IMG/VR virus record: IMGVR_UViG_3300045988_098643
Location: 1-36,918 of that record
Strand: one strand, 5' to 3'
Origin: a virus
DNA: 36,918 nt
Each line of letters opens with the position of its first letter. Position 1 is the stretch's first letter. Of the stretch, positions 35,229-36,918 are shown in pieces. Under the pieces are notes generated by a model, which saw only the letters and a program-made list of their open reading frames with translations, was not told the DNA's origin and did not search any database. The position numbers and the translations under genes were made by a program.

Positions 35229-35816
35229 TTCCAGTCTTTCTCTAATTTCTTTCATTTGTCTCCAGTCGTATGTTCCCTTTGCGTAAATTCTAGCATCAAC
35301 TCTATTTTTAAAACCTTCATATATTTCTAAAATTTGTTCATAATTAAAGTTATATAAATATAAATCTTTTATATCGTGTGATAAATACATATCTAAAATA
35401 TAAATTTCTTTTAAAGTATCGTGTTTTTCTTTTCCATCGTAGTCGTCTTCTAAATAAAGTAATACATTATTGATTTGAACTATAGTTTCATTATCGTATA
35501 GTTTTAAAATACATCTTCCAATTTTTTTCTTTAATTCTAAATCATTTTCTCTGTTTCTGTGGTAGCACATTTCAAATAACATTTCTGCAACGAAATCTTC
35601 GTCGAAATCTAATTCCCCATCGCATTCTTCATTTAACATATTCCAAACTGGAAGCGATAATAAATAACAATGAAAACATTCGATAGCAGCTATTATTTTT
35701 TCTTCATCTGTATTAATATCTTTATCTATATAGTTATAACTTTCAATATTTTGTTTTCCGTTCAACCATCTTGTGTTGTTTTTGATTTCTATACTTTCTA
35801 ATTTTAAATTCTTCAT
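35202..35816 (-). CDS. Acidic 205-aa hypothetical protein (candidate anti-defence protein)
   Basis: Starts MKNLKLESIE with ATG at 35816 after AAAAGGAGAAAAAAG. Driven by the palindrome-bearing promoter. No domain recognised by eye. Confidence 0.7.
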   Translation of the reverse strand: MKNLKLESIEIKNNTRWLNGKQNIESYNYIDKDINTDEEKIIAAIECFHCYLLSLPVWNMLNEECDGELDFDEDFVAEMLFEMCYHRNRENDLELKKKIGRCILKLYDNETIVQINNVLLYLEDDYDGKEKHDTLKEIYILDMYLSHDIKDLYLYNFNYEQILEIYEGFKNRVDARIYAKGTYDWRQMKEIRERLEEEKRKSTL

Positions 35817-35860
35817 CTTTTTTCTCCTTTTATTTTTTACATTTCCTTTACTGTAACTAT

Positions 35861-35889
35861 AGTATAACATAGTATTAATACTATGTCAA
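35861..35889 (-). promoter_or_regulatory. Sigma-A-type promoter with palindromic operator (copy A)
   Basis: Minus strand TTGACA (35889..35884), 17 nt, TATACT (35866..35861). The perfect 18-bp palindrome CATAGTATTAATACTATG lies at 35868..35885. Confidence 0.7.
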
Positions 35890-35892
35890 CCA

Positions 35893-36090
35893 TTATTTCA
35901 ATTTTTTTTCAATTAAATTTTTAAACTCAATTAATTCTTCTTTTGTCGCAAACTCTCTTATATATCGTCTACAGCTCGACCTCAAAGAACTAATTCTTTT
36001 TCTTTCTCGTGCCTCAGGATTATTTTTTAAATACCTTTTGTCTGCTTCTAATTGTTGCTCAATGTCTTTATAGCCTTTTCTTTTTGTCAT
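35893..36090 (-). CDS. Small basic 65-aa protein (candidate regulator of the duplicated promoters)
   Basis: Starts MTKRKGYKDIEQQ with ATG at 36090 after GGAGAAATGT. Helical and basic (RERKRISSLRSSCRRYIREF). The track ORF start at 36141 reads into the array promoter. Confidence 0.6.
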   Translation of the reverse strand: MTKRKGYKDIEQQLEADKRYLKNNPEARERKRISSLRSSCRRYIREFATKEELIEFKNLIEKKLK

Positions 36091-36100
36091 ACATTTCTCC

Positions 36101-36128
36101 TTGACTTTTTTATTTATTACGATATAAT
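36101..36128 (+). promoter_or_regulatory. Sigma-A-type promoter (chassis copy 1) of the mini-array
   Basis: TTGACT-16 nt-TATAAT. A mirrored ATTATA (36133..36138) forms a possible overlapping divergent -10 box. Confidence 0.7.
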
Positions 36129-36141
36129 ATAAATTATACAA

Positions 36142-36230
36142 ATAGTTCCCGCAAACGCGGGTGTGACCCTTTATAGTTAAGGGTAAGATCTAACGATCTC
36201 AATTAGTTCCTGCAAACGCAGGGAAGGAAG
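36142..36230 (+). CRISPR. Cas-less mini-CRISPR array: two type I-E-like 28-nt repeats flanking one 33-nt spacer
   Basis: R1 is ATAGTTCCCGCAAACGCGGGTGTGACCC (36142..36169). The spacer is TTTATAGTTAAGGGTAAGATCTAACGATCTCAA (36170..36202). R2 is TTAGTTCCTGCAAACGCAGGGAAGGAAG (36203..36230), with a compensatory stem change and a degenerate 3' end. Confidence 0.65.
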
Positions 36231-36258
36231 CTCTCTTTATGAGAGCTTTTCTTATTTT
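36227..36258 (+). terminator. Intrinsic terminator of the mini-array transcript
   Basis: GAAGCTCTC-TTTAT-GAGAGCTTT followed by TTTCTTATTTT. Overlaps the stop codon of the convergent CDS at 36252. Confidence 0.7.
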
Positions 36259-36869
36259 CTATATTTATTTACTACATTTATGTCAGTAGTTTCAAAAGTG
36301 TTGCCATCGACAGTTATATAATAAGTTGGTAGCTCATCATCATCGTATATAGGACCAGTAATACTTGCTTTATCATCATTTTCTAGGCACTTTTCGCTTT
36401 CTCTTATAGACTCTCTATCTTCAAGCATTTGTCTTCTCACAGCATTTATCACATTATCAAGTTCGTCTCTAGTAATATCAATTTTTTTATCTCTCCATCT
36501 TTGACATTCTTCTTGTTCCAGATCTAAAAAACCATGGTATAAATCTCCATATATGTTTTGAGGACTATTTTTTTCTTTAACTTTTTTGTATTTTTTTAAT
36601 AACTCTTGATAATAATCTTCGTTCCAAGCTCTTTGGCTTTCAATTTCTCTTTTAAAGTTGTTTATATAAATTTTTAATGATTTTTCAAGCGTATCGTGAT
36701 TATAAGAATCTTCTTCAAGAAATTTTGTAATCAAATCTCTATAATCTTTTTTTGTCATCTTTTCTACATTTCTGTTATACATTCCACAAATGTAACTAAA
36801 GTCTGTATTTGACTTCACTCTATACTCTTCGAATTCTTCCCATAATTCTTCTAAATTTTTATCTTTCAT
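36252..36869 (-). CDS. Acidic 205-aa hypothetical protein (candidate anti-defence protein)
   Basis: Starts MKDKNLEELWEEFEEY after AAAGGAGAAAAATT. Its 5' UTR and RBS are homologous to those of 35202..35816, but the proteins are unrelated by eye. Confidence 0.7.
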   Translation of the reverse strand: MKDKNLEELWEEFEEYRVKSNTDFSYICGMYNRNVEKMTKKDYRDLITKFLEEDSYNHDTLEKSLKIYINNFKREIESQRAWNEDYYQELLKKYKKVKEKNSPQNIYGDLYHGFLDLEQEECQRWRDKKIDITRDELDNVINAVRRQMLEDRESIRESEKCLENDDKASITGPIYDDDELPTYYITVDGNTFETTDINVVNKYRK

Positions 36870-36896
36870 AATTTTTCTCCTTTATTTTTTGTTCTA

Positions 36897-36918
36897 CCTT
36901 TACTGTAACTATAGTATA
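36897..36918. repeat. 22-nt terminal identity with window positions 1..22
   Basis: CCTTTACTGTAACTATAGTATA occurs at both ends of the window and at 35845..35866. Confidence 0.95.

Larger units (their letters stand above)
1..36918. mobile_element. Temperate siphovirus-type phage/prophage genome (complete or nearly so)
   Basis: Contiguous lysis, tail, head, packaging, late-regulator, replication/recombination, CI/Cro switch and integrase modules. Long tape measure and no sheath gene. First and last 22 nt are identical. Confidence 0.85.

Noticed and set aside
35817-35870. N-terminal extension of the 35202..35870 track ORF (MLYYSYSKGNVKNKRRKK), and likewise 36091..36141 for the 82-aa ORF and 21860..21964 for the ParB-like ORF
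   Set aside because: The extensions read through promoter or terminator elements and lack an RBS. Internal starts with good Shine-Dalgarno sequences fit better.

Overview
AT-rich window (about 30% GC by eye) that is essentially one temperate siphovirus-type phage or prophage genome from a low-GC Gram-positive host. Almost all genes are on the minus strand. Left to right on the plus strand: lysis cassette (443-1919), tail fibre, Tal and baseplate genes (1931-8797), tape measure and G/T chaperones (8806-12175), tail and head-completion genes (12230-14118), capsid and scaffold (14125-15606), MuF, portal and terminase (15944-20236), a radical-SAM/ParB-like pair, a late activator, a replication and recombination module (22489-30058), then a Cro/CI switch. 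The lysogeny genes are on the plus strand: cI, a DUF4041/T5orf172 protein and a tyrosine integrase, followed by a candidate attP. The first 22 nt equal the last 22 nt, so this may be a circularly closed genome. The most interesting part is the accessory locus between attP and the lysis genes (35030-36918, wrapping to 1-47). It has two copies of a consensus promoter carrying an 18-bp palindromic operator, each driving an unrelated acidic 205-aa protein. Convergent to these are two small plus-strand transcription units that share one promoter chassis. One is a cas-less single-spacer mini-CRISPR array with type I-E-like 28-nt repeats (28+33 nt unit). The other is a solitary 36-nt element resembling a type II-A repeat. 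I read this as a candidate anti-CRISPR or CRISPR-hijacking locus combining RNA and protein components. All repeat-family comparisons are from memory and need database checks.
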